A DNA stretch of 64,000 nt from Candidatus Aphodocola excrementigallinarum (lineage in GTDB: Bacteria > Bacillota_I > Bacilli_A > RF39 > UBA660), in contig DVMT01000015.1 in the NCBI GenBank assembly GCA_018714855.1, positions 785 through 64,784 on the forward strand, written 5' to 3'. Under the pieces are notes generated by a model that was not told the DNA's origin, ran no database searches, and saw only the letters and a program-made list of their open reading frames with translations. The translations under genes were made by a program, and so were the position numbers. Every line of letters starts with the position of its first letter. Position 1 is the first letter of the stretch. Of the stretch, positions 50,321 through 59,901 are shown piece by piece.

Positions 50321-50851
50321 CTATTTTGTTTCAATGATTCCGTAATTACCATCTTTTCTTACGTACAAAACGCATATAGAATCAGTATCAACGTTTTTAA
50401 ATACAAAGAATGAATGACCTAACATTTGCATTTGAAGTATAGCTTCTTCCTCATCCATTGGTTTCATTTCTATTTTTTTTCTTTTTAAAACCTTTGAATC
50501 ATCATCTTCTAAGCTGTCTTCTAAGTCTAATTCAAAGTTTTGAATTATATTTTTCTTATTTCTTGCATTAATCTTAGTCTTATTCTTTCTTATTTGTCTT
50601 TCTAATTTATCTACCGTAAGATCAATTGCAGCGTATAAATCATCGTGAGACTCCTCACTTCTTAAGGTATAATGCATAGCGGGTACTGTTATTTCAATCT
50701 TTTGTTCTTTTCCACGAACCTTAATCACCACGTTTGCATTAATTTGATCAGGATTTTCGAAATACTTATCTAGTTTACCTATCTTATCTTCAATATAAGA
50801 TCTTATTGATGGAGTAATTTCCACCTTTTCTCCACGAATATTATATTTCAT
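50321..50851 (-). CDS. hpf: Ribosome hibernation promoting factor (long form)
   Basis: MKYNIRGEKVEITPSIRSYIEDKIGKLDKYF...; 176 aa. Confidence 0.85.
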   Translation of the reverse strand: MKYNIRGEKVEITPSIRSYIEDKIGKLDKYFENPDQINANVVIKVRGKEQKIEITVPAMHYTLRSEESHDDLYAAIDLTVDKLERQIRKNKTKINARNKKNIIQNFELDLEDSLEDDDSKVLKRKKIEMKPMDEEEAILQMQMLGHSFFVFKNVDTDSICVLYVRKDGNYGIIETK

Positions 50852-50902
50852 AATATCATCCTCCTATATACAAATTATACCATAATATAAAAACAAATGC
50901 TA

Positions 50903-51124
50903 CTAGCAAACAGTAGCATTTGATACTTCTTTGACATTGATAGCTTGTAATCCTTTTTCCGTTTCTAATAATTCATATTCAACTATCTGTCCTTCTGATA
51001 AGCTTTTATATCCGTCTTGCTTAATAGCAGTATAATGAACGAATATATCTTCATCATTTTCGCCTTCGATAAAACCGTAGCCCTTTTCATTGTTGAACCA
51101 TTTGATTCTACCCACCTTAGTCAT
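50903..51124 (-). CDS. Cold-shock protein (CspA family)
   Basis: RNP1 motif [12 protein letters not shown] and RNP2 VFVHY. Confidence 0.85.
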   Translation of the reverse strand: MTKVGRIKWFNNEKGYGFIEGENDEDIFVHYTAIKQDGYKSLSEGQIVEYELLETEKGLQAINVKEVSNATVC

Positions 51125-51433
51125 ACCTTACACCTCACTTCCCTTATTGCTTACACTTCTACTATAACTCACAATCTAAAGAATAAGCAACAATTATCGT
51201 CCAAGAAATTTCGACAAATTTCGCGGCGAGCTTCTTTATAATACTAAAATATATAGTTAAGAACTTGTTTTTTATCTAAAATGTCGTTTTTTGTGTATAA
51301 AAGGTTATTTTTTTATCTTTTTTAACATATAATTTTAATTTAAATATTAATATATATCTTTATATTTAAAAAATATTTTTAATAATACTTTAAAATGTAT
51401 AATAAATCATGAAATAAATAAACGAGGTGCAGT

Positions 51434-52039
51434 ATGAAAAAACGTTTATTAAGCTCTATAAGAGGACAAATCAAAAAACAATATCCTAAATATTCAGAAG
51501 ATAAACTTGACGAAATAATGTATGGTGTAGAAGGTATTTATCTTACCATAACAAAAACAATAATAATTTTTGCTTTAGCTTTAATCCTTGGAATATTTAA
51601 AGAATTAATTATATTACTTATAGCATTTAACTTTATAAGATTATTCGCATTTGGCATGCACGCTAATAAAAGTATTACTTGTTTGATATTTTCAAGCCTA
51701 GTATTTTTAACTGGTGCATTCTTATGTAAATATATAACAATAAGTAGAGAAGTTTTATATGTTCTTTATTTAATGGTGTTAGTAATCATGATCAAATATG
51801 CACCAGCCGATACTAAAAAAAGACCTTTATTAAAAAGTAATAAAAGACTTAGATTCAAAATTATATCAATTTTAATGACTATAATATACTTTATAATAAC
51901 GATATTAATAGATAACAATTTGATAATAAATAGTTTAATAATTGGACTTATAATAGAATGTATATTAATTTTACCTATAACATATAAAGCATTTAAAATG
52001 CCTTATAAAAATTATTTAAAATATGGTTTAAGCACTTAG
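51434..52039 (+). CDS. agrB: AgrB-family accessory gene regulator B (AgrD-processing membrane peptidase)
   Basis: About 200-aa polytopic protein with the conserved RLFAFGMHANKSITCLIFS region (catalytic His and Cys). RBS GAGGTG. Confidence 0.7.
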   Translation: MKKRLLSSIRGQIKKQYPKYSEDKLDEIMYGVEGIYLTITKTIIIFALALILGIFKELIILLIAFNFIRLFAFGMHANKSITCLIFSSLVFLTGAFLCKYITISREVLYVLYLMVLVIMIKYAPADTKKRPLLKSNKRLRFKIISILMTIIYFIITILIDNNLIINSLIIGLIIECILILPITYKAFKMPYKNYLKYGLST

Positions 52040-52085
52040 ATTTAGGTGGTTAAATAAATCTAGGAAAGGAGTAGTAAAGAAGTAA

Positions 52086-52211
52086 ATGAAAGCAGTATTA
52101 ATTTCAATTGTATCAGCATTAGGAGCTTTGGTAGCAGCAACATCTACAGCAGGATGTATTGTAGTATTTGTAGATGAACCAGAAATGCCAAAGGCTATGT
52201 TAAATAAATAA
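52086..52211 (+). CDS. agrD: AgrD-like autoinducing-peptide precursor, 41 aa
   Basis: Hand translation: MKAVLISIVSALGALVAATSTAGCIVVFVDEPEMPKAMLNK. It has an amphipathic leader, a Cys-plus-4 core (CIVVF) and the acidic DEPEMPK recognition tail. It lies between agrB and a convergent AgrC-like kinase. Confidence 0.6.
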   Translation: MKAVLISIVSALGALVAATSTAGCIVVFVDEPEMPKAMLNK

Positions 52212-52247
52212 AAGAAAAAGTTTTAATAAAATTACTTTTTCTTTTTT
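52211..52247. terminator. Bidirectional terminator between the convergent agrD and agrC-like genes
   Basis: AGAAAAAGT-(12 nt)-ACTTTTTCT hairpin with flanking A and T runs. Confidence 0.5.
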
Positions 52248-53548
52248 GTTTGTCTATTTTTAGTTTTAATGGTCAGTTTAGTTACATAATATTCATCTTC
52301 AAGAGAGTTTTCTATTTCAAATATATTACTATTTTCAACAATATCTTTTACTAATCTTAATCCATATCCATGACCAGAACCTTTTGTTGTAAAACCAGTG
52401 CCTATTTTATCCATGTCAATTTTTCCTTTATATGTATTATAAATACTAAATGTAACTGAATTTGTTTTTTTAACAACATCAATTATAATCTTTTTTTCTT
52501 TACTTTTCTTACATGCATCAATAGCATTATCAAATAATACACCAAGCACCTTAGTAATATTTTTATAAGTTTCTGTTCCTAAAGTATCAAGTCTTATTTT
52601 AACACCTGATTCAACGTTTAACTCATGTTTTATATTTTCATCATCCATCGTAGATAACTTATAATAAAGTAAACCTTTTATACCACCGGCTGGAAACTTA
52701 TTTAACTGACTAATTAAATAACTACTATGAGTCTTCTTTGAATCTTTTATTACAGAATCTAAATATTCAATTAACTTAGGAGAATTCATTTGTGCATAAC
52801 CACGTATTACCATTAATTGATTCTTAAATTCATGATTAGCTTTACCTTGATCAGTTATTATCTTTTCATATTTAGTTACGTGATTTAACATGTTTTTATA
52901 CTCATCTTTAATTTTGTCATACTTAAATTCATTTCTAATTATTATCGTTATTATTAAAATAACACATGCCATAAATAAAATATTAATATAATAATTAGAT
53001 TTTAAAATTAATTCAAAGCCATTTTTTAAAGCAATTAAATAAAGAATAACAACAAAAACATACAAATAATTTATTAACTTTTTATTTTTAGTAAATAAAG
53101 TTATCTCATTTTTTACTATTTTTCTTACAAATGGTAATTTAATGAAAATTACTGCAAACAAAGAAATAAGAACATTTGCAATTAAATTATAAAAATTGTT
53201 ATTTACGATATCTACAGAATTTATACCTATAATAACTAGTCCTACCGTTATTATAAGTTCTGAAATCACAAAAATTAAACCCGTATTAAAAGCATATAAA
53301 ATTACATTTTTATCTCTTATATCTAATGTAAAATATAAATTAAGAAAAATAACTAATAAAAACACTAAAAATCTTATATTATTTGGTATAAACAAAAATC
53401 CAATAAAACAGTAAATTAACATGATAATTATAAATCTAAGTTTATCTGTTTTTTTATCCATATTTTTTTGACTAAAAATAATATATGATGTTGCAATTGC
53501 CTGAAAAATACTAGCAATAATACAAACTATTATACTTTCCATACTCAT
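52232..53548 (-). CDS. agrC: AgrC-like (HPK10/LytS-type) sensor histidine kinase
   Basis: 6-7 N-terminal TM helices, H-box ANHEFKNQL, and GHKL ATPase motifs (DNAIDA...GSGHGYGL). Confidence 0.75.
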   Translation of the reverse strand: MSMESIIVCIIASIFQAIATSYIIFSQKNMDKKTDKLRFIIIMLIYCFIGFLFIPNNIRFLVFLLVIFLNLYFTLDIRDKNVILYAFNTGLIFVISELIITVGLVIIGINSVDIVNNNFYNLIANVLISLFAVIFIKLPFVRKIVKNEITLFTKNKKLINYLYVFVVILYLIALKNGFELILKSNYYINILFMACVILIITIIIRNEFKYDKIKDEYKNMLNHVTKYEKIITDQGKANHEFKNQLMVIRGYAQMNSPKLIEYLDSVIKDSKKTHSSYLISQLNKFPAGGIKGLLYYKLSTMDDENIKHELNVESGVKIRLDTLGTETYKNITKVLGVLFDNAIDACKKSKEKKIIIDVVKKTNSVTFSIYNTYKGKIDMDKIGTGFTTKGSGHGYGLRLVKDIVENSNIFEIENSLEDEYYVTKLTIKTKNRQTKKKK

Positions 53549-54255
53549 AATAACTCCCTCAATTCTTTCTTAAAATTTCTTGATAAATAATCTGTACTAG
53601 AATCATTAATAAAATATATAATGTTATTTTTAAAATCAACGCTTTCAATTTTATCTTTGTTTACAAAGCATGCTCTATGTGTTTGAACAAATCTGGAGTC
53701 TAATTTTTTAATTACCTCACTTAAACTTTCTCTTATTGGATACTCATCATCCGTTGTTACAATCGTTGTTTTCTCTAATGCATTATCTCTATATACATAT
53801 ATAATATTATCTAATTTAACGTGATGAATTTCCTTATTGCATCTAAAACTTATTATTTTTTTATTATTTAGTTTTCCTATTACCATGTTTATGGTATCGG
53901 TTAATCTTTCTTCATAATTATCAAATTTAGATATGAAATCTAATATTAATAGTTTTTGCTTTAATAAAGTTAACTCTAGTTCTTCATGAGACGTTAGTAT
54001 TATTATAATGCTATCCCAGTCTACTTTTCTTATTTCTTTTGCAATGTCTATACCTGATTTATTTGGAAGTTCTAAATCAAGTATGTAGATATTTATATCT
54101 GATGGAGTGTTAATTAAGTTTTTTAATTTTACTGAGTATTTTTCAAAGGTATAAATATTATAGTTAAAATCATATGGCATAGCTATTTTAGATATAACTT
54201 TTTCATTTATATCTCTAACGTACTTATTGTCATCACAAATAATAAAATTAATCAT
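53545..54255 (-). CDS. agrA: LytTR-family response regulator (AgrA-like)
   Basis: Receiver domain (IIICDD...D) plus a C-terminal LytTR DNA-binding domain. Overlaps the kinase gene by 4 nt. Confidence 0.75.
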   Translation of the reverse strand: MINFIICDDNKYVRDINEKVISKIAMPYDFNYNIYTFEKYSVKLKNLINTPSDINIYILDLELPNKSGIDIAKEIRKVDWDSIIIILTSHEELELTLLKQKLLILDFISKFDNYEERLTDTINMVIGKLNNKKIISFRCNKEIHHVKLDNIIYVYRDNALEKTTIVTTDDEYPIRESLSEVIKKLDSRFVQTHRACFVNKDKIESVDFKNNIIYFINDSSTDYLSRNFKKELRELL

Positions 54256-54289
54256 TACTACTCACCCGATTTTAATTATATCATAAATT

Positions 54290-54317
54290 TAAAAAAAAGA
54301 ATTCAAATGAATTCTTT
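54290..54317. terminator. Rho-independent terminator at the mbl 3' end
   Basis: AAGAATTCA / TGAATTCTT inverted repeat with a poly-A/T flank. Confidence 0.45.
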
Positions 54318-55293
54318 AAGTTAAACTATCTAATATAATTCCGGTTCCTTCAGCCACACAAGTAAGTGGACTATCAGCTATTTTAGTTGGGACTTTTAAT
54401 TCTTTTTCAATTAACTTATCCAAGCCTTCTATTAAGGCTCCGCCACCGGTTAGTACTATCCCGTTTTCTATTATATCAGCGGATATTTCTGGTTCTATTT
54501 TTTCTAGCACCATTTTTGCACCATGAATTATCATGTAAACACTGTCTTTTATAGCTTCTTTTACTTCGCTTGAAGTTATTGTAATAGTTTTTGGAAGACC
54601 ATTTATTAAATCTCTTCCCCTAACTTGCATTTTCTTTTCTTTTTCCTTTTCTAATACGGTACCTATTTTTATTTTTATTTTCTCTGCAGTTACTTCCCCA
54701 ACTAACAATTTATATTTATTTTTTATATATTTAATAATATCTACATCAAAGGTATTACCAGCAACTTTAATAGATTCACTATAAACGATTCCGTTTAAAC
54801 TTAGTACCGCAATGTCTGTTGTTCCACCACCGATATCAATAACCATATTACCACTTGGACTTGATATTTCAAGGCCTGCTCCTACGGCTGCTACTTTTGG
54901 TTCTTCTTCTACATAAACCTTTTTTGCACCTGTTCTTTCTGCTACTTCTCTTATTGCGTTTTTTTCTACTTGAGTTATGTTAGAAGGGCAGCATATAACA
55001 ATTCTTGGTCTTGAAAAAATGGTTCTTCCTTTTATCTTTTTTATAAAATAGTCAAGCATAATTTCAGTTTTATCAAAATCTGCTATAACTCCATCTTTTA
55101 AAGGCCTTATTGCGATAACACTTCCAGGCGTTCTACCTAACATATCATGAGCTTTCTTTCCTATTGCAAGTACTTTTCCACTATCTTTATCAATTGCAAC
55201 AACGCTAGGTTCACAAAGAACTATACCCTCACCCTTAACGTATATTAGTATATTGGCAGTTCCTAAATCAATTCCTATATCTTTATTTCTCAC
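54316..55293 (-). CDS. mbl: Rod-shape-determining protein MreB/Mbl paralog
   Basis: Actin-fold motifs GIDLGTAN, DIGGGTTD. It sits immediately downstream of spoIIID, as in Bacillus and Clostridium. Confidence 0.85.
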   Translation of the reverse strand: MRNKDIGIDLGTANILIYVKGEGIVLCEPSVVAIDKDSGKVLAIGKKAHDMLGRTPGSVIAIRPLKDGVIADFDKTEIMLDYFIKKIKGRTIFSRPRIVICCPSNITQVEKNAIREVAERTGAKKVYVEEEPKVAAVGAGLEISSPSGNMVIDIGGGTTDIAVLSLNGIVYSESIKVAGNTFDVDIIKYIKNKYKLLVGEVTAEKIKIKIGTVLEKEKEKKMQVRGRDLINGLPKTITITSSEVKEAIKDSVYMIIHGAKMVLEKIEPEISADIIENGIVLTGGGALIEGLDKLIEKELKVPTKIADSPLTCVAEGTGIILDSLT

Positions 55294-55295
55294 TT

Positions 55296-55553
55296 TTATC
55301 CTTTTGAGTATTTTAACTTAGTTTTTTCACCACCGTTTAAATGTTTAATTTTATAATGATAATTTAATATTTTACTTACTTCATCATATAAATTTAAATC
55401 TATGTTTTTAAGTCTTTTACTTAAATCATTGTGAACGGTTGATTTACTTACTTTAAAATACTTTGATATTTCTCTTATTGTTTTACTTGTTTTAATTATA
55501 TAATTAGCTTCTTTTAATACTCTTGCTTTAATATTATAAGGCAAGTTTTTCAT
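55296..55553 (-). CDS. spoIIID: Stage III sporulation protein D
   Basis: HTH motif SKSTVHNDLSKRL and the C-terminal HLNGGEKTKLKY, both typical of SpoIIID. Confidence 0.8.
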   Translation of the reverse strand: MKNLPYNIKARVLKEANYIIKTSKTIREISKYFKVSKSTVHNDLSKRLKNIDLNLYDEVSKILNYHYKIKHLNGGEKTKLKYSKG

Positions 55554-55590
55554 CTCCTTTATAAATTATATAATTTAAAACTATATCTTA

Positions 55591-56241
55591 TTAATTATCC
55601 GTTAATTCTTTTACGGATTTATCATAATATTTTTCAGGATTGATTACCGTGCCGTTTTTATACATTTCAAAGTGTAATCCATTTTTTACGTCTTTATTTA
55701 GTTCGCATGTACCACTTTTTGCAATTACTTGTCCTTGGGTAATAGTATCTCCTTTTTTAACTGATACGTCAGATAAACACTGATATAACATAACAACTTC
55801 ACTTGAGTTTCTTATTTCTATAGTATTACCAAGTAAAGAATCTTCTTTAACATCTGTTACTGTTCCAGATAAAGATGATAAAACATCAAAGGACTCATCA
55901 GACTTATAATCAACACCAGAATTTTGCATATAAATTCCTTCGTGATAAATTATTGAATTTTGTTGCTCTTCTTCTGATGCATCTTCTTCATAAAAATTTT
56001 TATAAACACTTATGTTTTCTGCTTGATAAGGTCTTTGTATTTTTTCATCTTGATTTACTACTGGATAATAGCTGTCAAATATATAATCATTAACATAAAC
56101 ATAATCATTATCCATATTTGAAGCTTTCATTGTTTGATTAGCAGTAAGTACCCCTGCAGTTACTACAAATGCTACAAATAAGACACTAATAATCGTTACT
56201 TTTACAAATGGTTTTAACTTTCTTTTTTTCATATTTTTCAC
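55591..56241 (-). CDS. spoIIQ: SpoIIQ-like M23/LytM-domain membrane protein
   Basis: N-terminal TM, a degenerate LytM domain (...GQVIAKSG...GLHFEMYKNG), and the gene order spoIID-spoIIQ-spoIIID-mbl. Confidence 0.55.
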   Translation of the reverse strand: MKNMKKRKLKPFVKVTIISVLFVAFVVTAGVLTANQTMKASNMDNDYVYVNDYIFDSYYPVVNQDEKIQRPYQAENISVYKNFYEEDASEEEQQNSIIYHEGIYMQNSGVDYKSDESFDVLSSLSGTVTDVKEDSLLGNTIEIRNSSEVVMLYQCLSDVSVKKGDTITQGQVIAKSGTCELNKDVKNGLHFEMYKNGTVINPEKYYDKSVKELTDN

Positions 56242-56285
56242 CTCTCATTTTAAGTTTTTACAAAATGAGAGAAAATATACATTAA

Positions 56286-57218
56286 TTAACTTATTTTTTT
56301 TATTTCACATTCTTGATAATAATGATTTAAAATATCTTTATAATTATATCCTTCTTTTGCCATGCCGTTGGCACCATACTGACTCATACCAACACCATGA
56401 CCATAACCATTTACATTGAAAATAACCGTATCATCTTTTACTTCTATATTAAAACTTGTTGATTTTAAACCAAATGCATTCCTTATTTTACTTGACTCAA
56501 AAGTTGTACCGTTTATAGTTATGTTTTTTACCCTTCCAGTGTTTGTTTTTTCTATGTTTTCTATATTTATGTTTGTGCTATTAGGAAGGTTTAAATTAAA
56601 TAAAAACTCATCTTTACTAACTTCTTTAGTACTTGAAAAAACAGGAGATTCTTCTTTGTCCCATTTTGATTCTACGCTTTTTAAATATGGCATACTATTT
56701 TTAAAAACGTCATCACTATTTTCAGTATAACCATTACTAGTAGAAAAAAACATGGCATCAATAATATTGTTATTATATAAAATAACTTCTCCTTTGGTAT
56801 CTGTTACTGCTTTTTTTATTTTTTTTAAATTTTCTTCATAATTATCTTGCCATTTTTCTTTCATCTGATCTTCATCAATATATACCTGGCTTGATGTTCC
56901 ATCATCCACATCATAATCGTTTTTACTATTTTGTGCTTTGTTTAAAGCATATGTTCTTGATGCGACTGCCTGCGCTTTTAATGCTTCTTCATTAAAGGAA
57001 GCAGGCATTTCGCCTGCTACTACTCCAACAACATATTTTTCAATTGGTATAGATTCTACCAAATTAGATTCATTTCTTTTTACCTTTATTACTTTATTAT
57101 TTATACTACCGTACTTTATTTTATATAATAAATTAGTTGAATTAGTTAAACCAACTATTAAAAGTGGTATTAGTATTATTATTAAAGTAAGTAAAAGAAT
57201 TTTTTTCAAATTTATCAT
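56286..57218 (-). CDS. spoIID: Stage II sporulation protein D (lytic transglycosylase)
   Basis: SpoIID motifs YVVGVVAGEMPASF..EALKAQAVASRTYA and GYGHGVGMSQYGA. Confidence 0.85.
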   Translation of the reverse strand: MINLKKILLLTLIIILIPLLIVGLTNSTNLLYKIKYGSINNKVIKVKRNESNLVESIPIEKYVVGVVAGEMPASFNEEALKAQAVASRTYALNKAQNSKNDYDVDDGTSSQVYIDEDQMKEKWQDNYEENLKKIKKAVTDTKGEVILYNNNIIDAMFFSTSNGYTENSDDVFKNSMPYLKSVESKWDKEESPVFSSTKEVSKDEFLFNLNLPNSTNINIENIEKTNTGRVKNITINGTTFESSKIRNAFGLKSTSFNIEVKDDTVIFNVNGYGHGVGMSQYGANGMAKEGYNYKDILNHYYQECEIKKIS

Positions 57219-57222
57219 CCCT

Positions 57223-57450
57223 TTAAAGAAGACTTATAGTAGTATAAATATCCATTAAAAAGTTTACGATAAAATAAGATAAGCAAACTGATAATGCAAT
57301 ATATAAAGAATGTATTTGCATTATGCTGTTTTTCTTAAATATTTTATCTAAATTAGTAGAGGTCATTATCCAAATACTAAAAGGTATAAATATACAATAT
57401 AATATTAGTTTAATACTCATTATCTTCCTCATACTTTGATATTTCATCAT
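57223..57450 (-). CDS. Small hydrophobic membrane protein
   Basis: 75-aa two-TM ORF overlapping the rpiB start. Confidence 0.35.
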   Translation of the reverse strand: MMKYQSMRKIMSIKLILYCIFIPFSIWIMTSTNLDKIFKKNSIMQIHSLYIALSVCLSYFIVNFLMDIYTTISLL

Positions 57451-57856
57451 TTCTTATTTTATACTTTGGATCTGTATTAAATGTCGAATTTACAAAAGCA
57501 TCAAACATTTCTTTAATTTGTTTTTCGTCAAAATAATTTGCTCCAAAAGCTAAAACGTTTGCGTTATTATGTTGTTTTGCAAGTTTTGCTTCTTCTACGC
57601 TGTTTACCTTAGCACAACGAATACCTTTTACTTTATTACAAGCTATTGAAAAACCTATACCTGTTCCGCATATCGCGATTCCAAGGTCAACTTCTCCTTT
57701 TTTAACTGCTTCTGCAAGCGGAAAAGCATATTTTGGAAAATCAACGCTTTCAGAAGAAAAACATCCAAAATCAGTTATGTCATAATCATCTAATAAATTT
57801 TTTAATTTTTCTTTTACATCATATGCTCTATGATCATTTGCAATTCCTATTTTCAT
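57410..57856 (-). CDS. rpiB: Ribose-5-phosphate isomerase B (RpiB/LacAB family)
   Basis: MKIGIANDHRAY...ICGTGIGFSIACNKVKGIR. Confidence 0.85.
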   Translation of the reverse strand: MKIGIANDHRAYDVKEKLKNLLDDYDITDFGCFSSESVDFPKYAFPLAEAVKKGEVDLGIAICGTGIGFSIACNKVKGIRCAKVNSVEEAKLAKQHNNANVLAFGANYFDEKQIKEMFDAFVNSTFNTDPKYKIRNDEISKYEEDNEY

Positions 57857-57906
57857 ATTTATCCTCCTTTTTTTATTATAACAAAAAAAGGCTATTATAA
57901 TAACCT

Positions 57907-59151
57907 TTATTTTTTTAATTTTATTATTAATTGATACATTTCTTCAAAATCAAATTCTTCTATTTCTATATCAGAACCTTTGCTTTTTAATTCTTCTACT
58001 AAAGATTTTATTTTATCAACATCATCAGCTACTAATTTTTTATCTTCACTAGGTTCTTGATGTGAATCTGTTTTTTCTTCTTTAGGTTCTTCTTTTTCAC
58101 GTTCTTCTTTTGTATCATCAGAATCTAAATCCATTATTTCTAATGAATCTGGTTCTGTGTAAGTATCATCTAAACCTAAGTCATTTAAATTAGATTCATT
58201 ATCAGAAGTTAAACCATCAGCATCATCTTTATTGGTTGATAACTCTTGGTTAGTAATTGGCTCATTACTTTCCTGTTCTTCTGTTGACTCGTTATTTTCC
58301 GATGTATTAAATTCTTCTTTATTATCTTCTGTTGCTATTTTTTCTTCTTCGTTATTTAAAGAAGTATCACTTGAAGCTGAATTAACGGTTTCTAAAGGAG
58401 AATTATACATGTTTTCATAATGTAAATCACTAGGGTTATTAGCTACGTTAATAGATGGGTTATAGTCATTAGAAATATTGTTATTTAAATTATTAATTGG
58501 GTTATAAGAATTATTAACGTTATTTAAATTTTCAAAATTCTGATTATAGTTAGTGTTATTTTGATTATTCATAAACATATTTTCTGTTGGATTATTAATA
58601 GGTATATTATTAATATTTTGATTTAGATTATAGTTTGGTACACTATTAAAATTAGAAAAATTATTAAAATTATCATTATTTAATTCATTATAATTTGATT
58701 GATTTGGAATGTTATAAGAATTAGGATTAATGTTAGGCATTTGATTTGGGTTATTTATATTAGCGTTATTAAAATTATTTATGTTTAAATTACCATTATC
58801 ATATGCTTCTAATGGATCATTGTTATTTGGCAAAGATTCTGGCATTATGTTCATTGGTCCTAAAACATCCATTGTTGGTGCCGAAGATACAGTTGCTTCA
58901 TTTAAATTTTTTATTTCTCCTAAATCAGGTGGAATATCAACGTTATTATTTGGTGTTGTTAAATAAGGATTATTAACTAATTGATTATTCATTTGGTTTA
59001 AATTATTATTTTGTTGCCATGGCTGGCTTCCTTGATATATACCTTGATTATTTATGCTTTGATTTTGATAGTCCTTATTTAATTGGTTATTAAAATTATT
59101 ATTTATGTTATTGTTCATATTATTATTAAAGTTTTGGTTATTATCAAACAT
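57907..59151 (-). CDS. Asn/Gln/Pro-rich low-complexity protein with an acidic C-terminal region
   Basis: 414-aa ORF; the first 250 aa or so are dominated by N with frequent Q and P; the C-terminal 120 aa or so are D/E/K-rich. Confidence 0.5.
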   Translation of the reverse strand: MFDNNQNFNNNMNNNINNNFNNQLNKDYQNQSINNQGIYQGSQPWQQNNNLNQMNNQLVNNPYLTTPNNNVDIPPDLGEIKNLNEATVSSAPTMDVLGPMNIMPESLPNNNDPLEAYDNGNLNINNFNNANINNPNQMPNINPNSYNIPNQSNYNELNNDNFNNFSNFNSVPNYNLNQNINNIPINNPTENMFMNNQNNTNYNQNFENLNNVNNSYNPINNLNNNISNDYNPSINVANNPSDLHYENMYNSPLETVNSASSDTSLNNEEEKIATEDNKEEFNTSENNESTEEQESNEPITNQELSTNKDDADGLTSDNESNLNDLGLDDTYTEPDSLEIMDLDSDDTKEEREKEEPKEEKTDSHQEPSEDKKLVADDVDKIKSLVEELKSKGSDIEIEEFDFEEMYQLIIKLKK

Positions 59152-59199
59152 TTTATCAACCCCTATCCTTAAATAAATAATACAATAAAAAAAGCCTTA

Positions 59200-59901
59200 T
59201 TACAATGGCTTTTTCTTAATTTCACTAAATTTTCTAGGATATTTTCCATTTGTTTTACTTATTTTTTGAATTTTTATTAGTGTTCTTACTCCATTTTCAT
59301 TTGGAAGTGAAAAAACAATGGTTTCTTTTATAACCCCTCCAAGTGTTTTAATAGCGTTTTTTGCAGTATTTATCTCATCTTTAGCATCTGCTTTCATTGG
59401 AATAAAATAGCCATCTGGTTTTACAAACGGAATGGATAACTCAGATAACATATTTAAATTCGCAACCGCACGGGATGTTACTATATCAAATTTTTCTCTG
59501 TTATTTAATACGTAGCATTCTGCTCTTTCGTGTACTGCAGTTATATCTTTTAAGTTTAATTTTTCTATAACAGAGTTTAAAAATGTAATTCTTTTATTTA
59601 AAGAGTCTAATAAAACAACTTTTAAATTAGGAAATACTATTTTTAAAACAAGACCTGGAAAACCCGCTCCCGATCCAATATCTAAAAGCGTTTGATCATT
59701 TAAGTTTACAGCTTTAACCAAAGTTAAACTATCATAAAAATGTTTTAAGTAAACATCTTTTTCTTCGGTTATTCTAGTTAAGTTTGTATGAGCATTATAC
59801 TCTATTAACATCTTATAATAGGTATCTAAATCATTTAGTTGTTTTTCACTTATATTAATATTTAAACATTCTAAGGCTTTTACAAATTCTTCTTTATTCA
59901 T
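59200..59901 (-). CDS. rsmG: 16S rRNA (guanine527-N7)-methyltransferase
   Basis: SAM motif LLDIGSGAGFPG. Its start overlaps the mnmG stop. Confidence 0.9.
   Translation of the reverse strand: MNKEEFVKALECLNINISEKQLNDLDTYYKMLIEYNAHTNLTRITEEKDVYLKHFYDSLTLVKAVNLNDQTLLDIGSGAGFPGLVLKIVFPNLKVVLLDSLNKRITFLNSVIEKLNLKDITAVHERAECYVLNNREKFDIVTSRAVANLNMLSELSIPFVKPDGYFIPMKADAKDEINTAKNAIKTLGGVIKETIVFSLPNENGVRTLIKIQKISKTNGKYPRKFSEIKKKPL

Noticed and set aside
51240-51433. Looked for AgrA-type LytTR direct repeats (9-bp repeats spaced 12 bp) upstream of agrB
   Set aside because: Only a single near-match (ATAGTTAAG at about 51252) was found, without a properly spaced second copy. That is insufficient to call a binding site.
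57907-59151. AAT/AAC-rich repetitive DNA considered as a possible CRISPR array or simple-sequence satellite
   Set aside because: There are no regular direct repeats with unique spacers. The repeats are codon-level (Asn/Gln) within one continuous 414-codon ORF.
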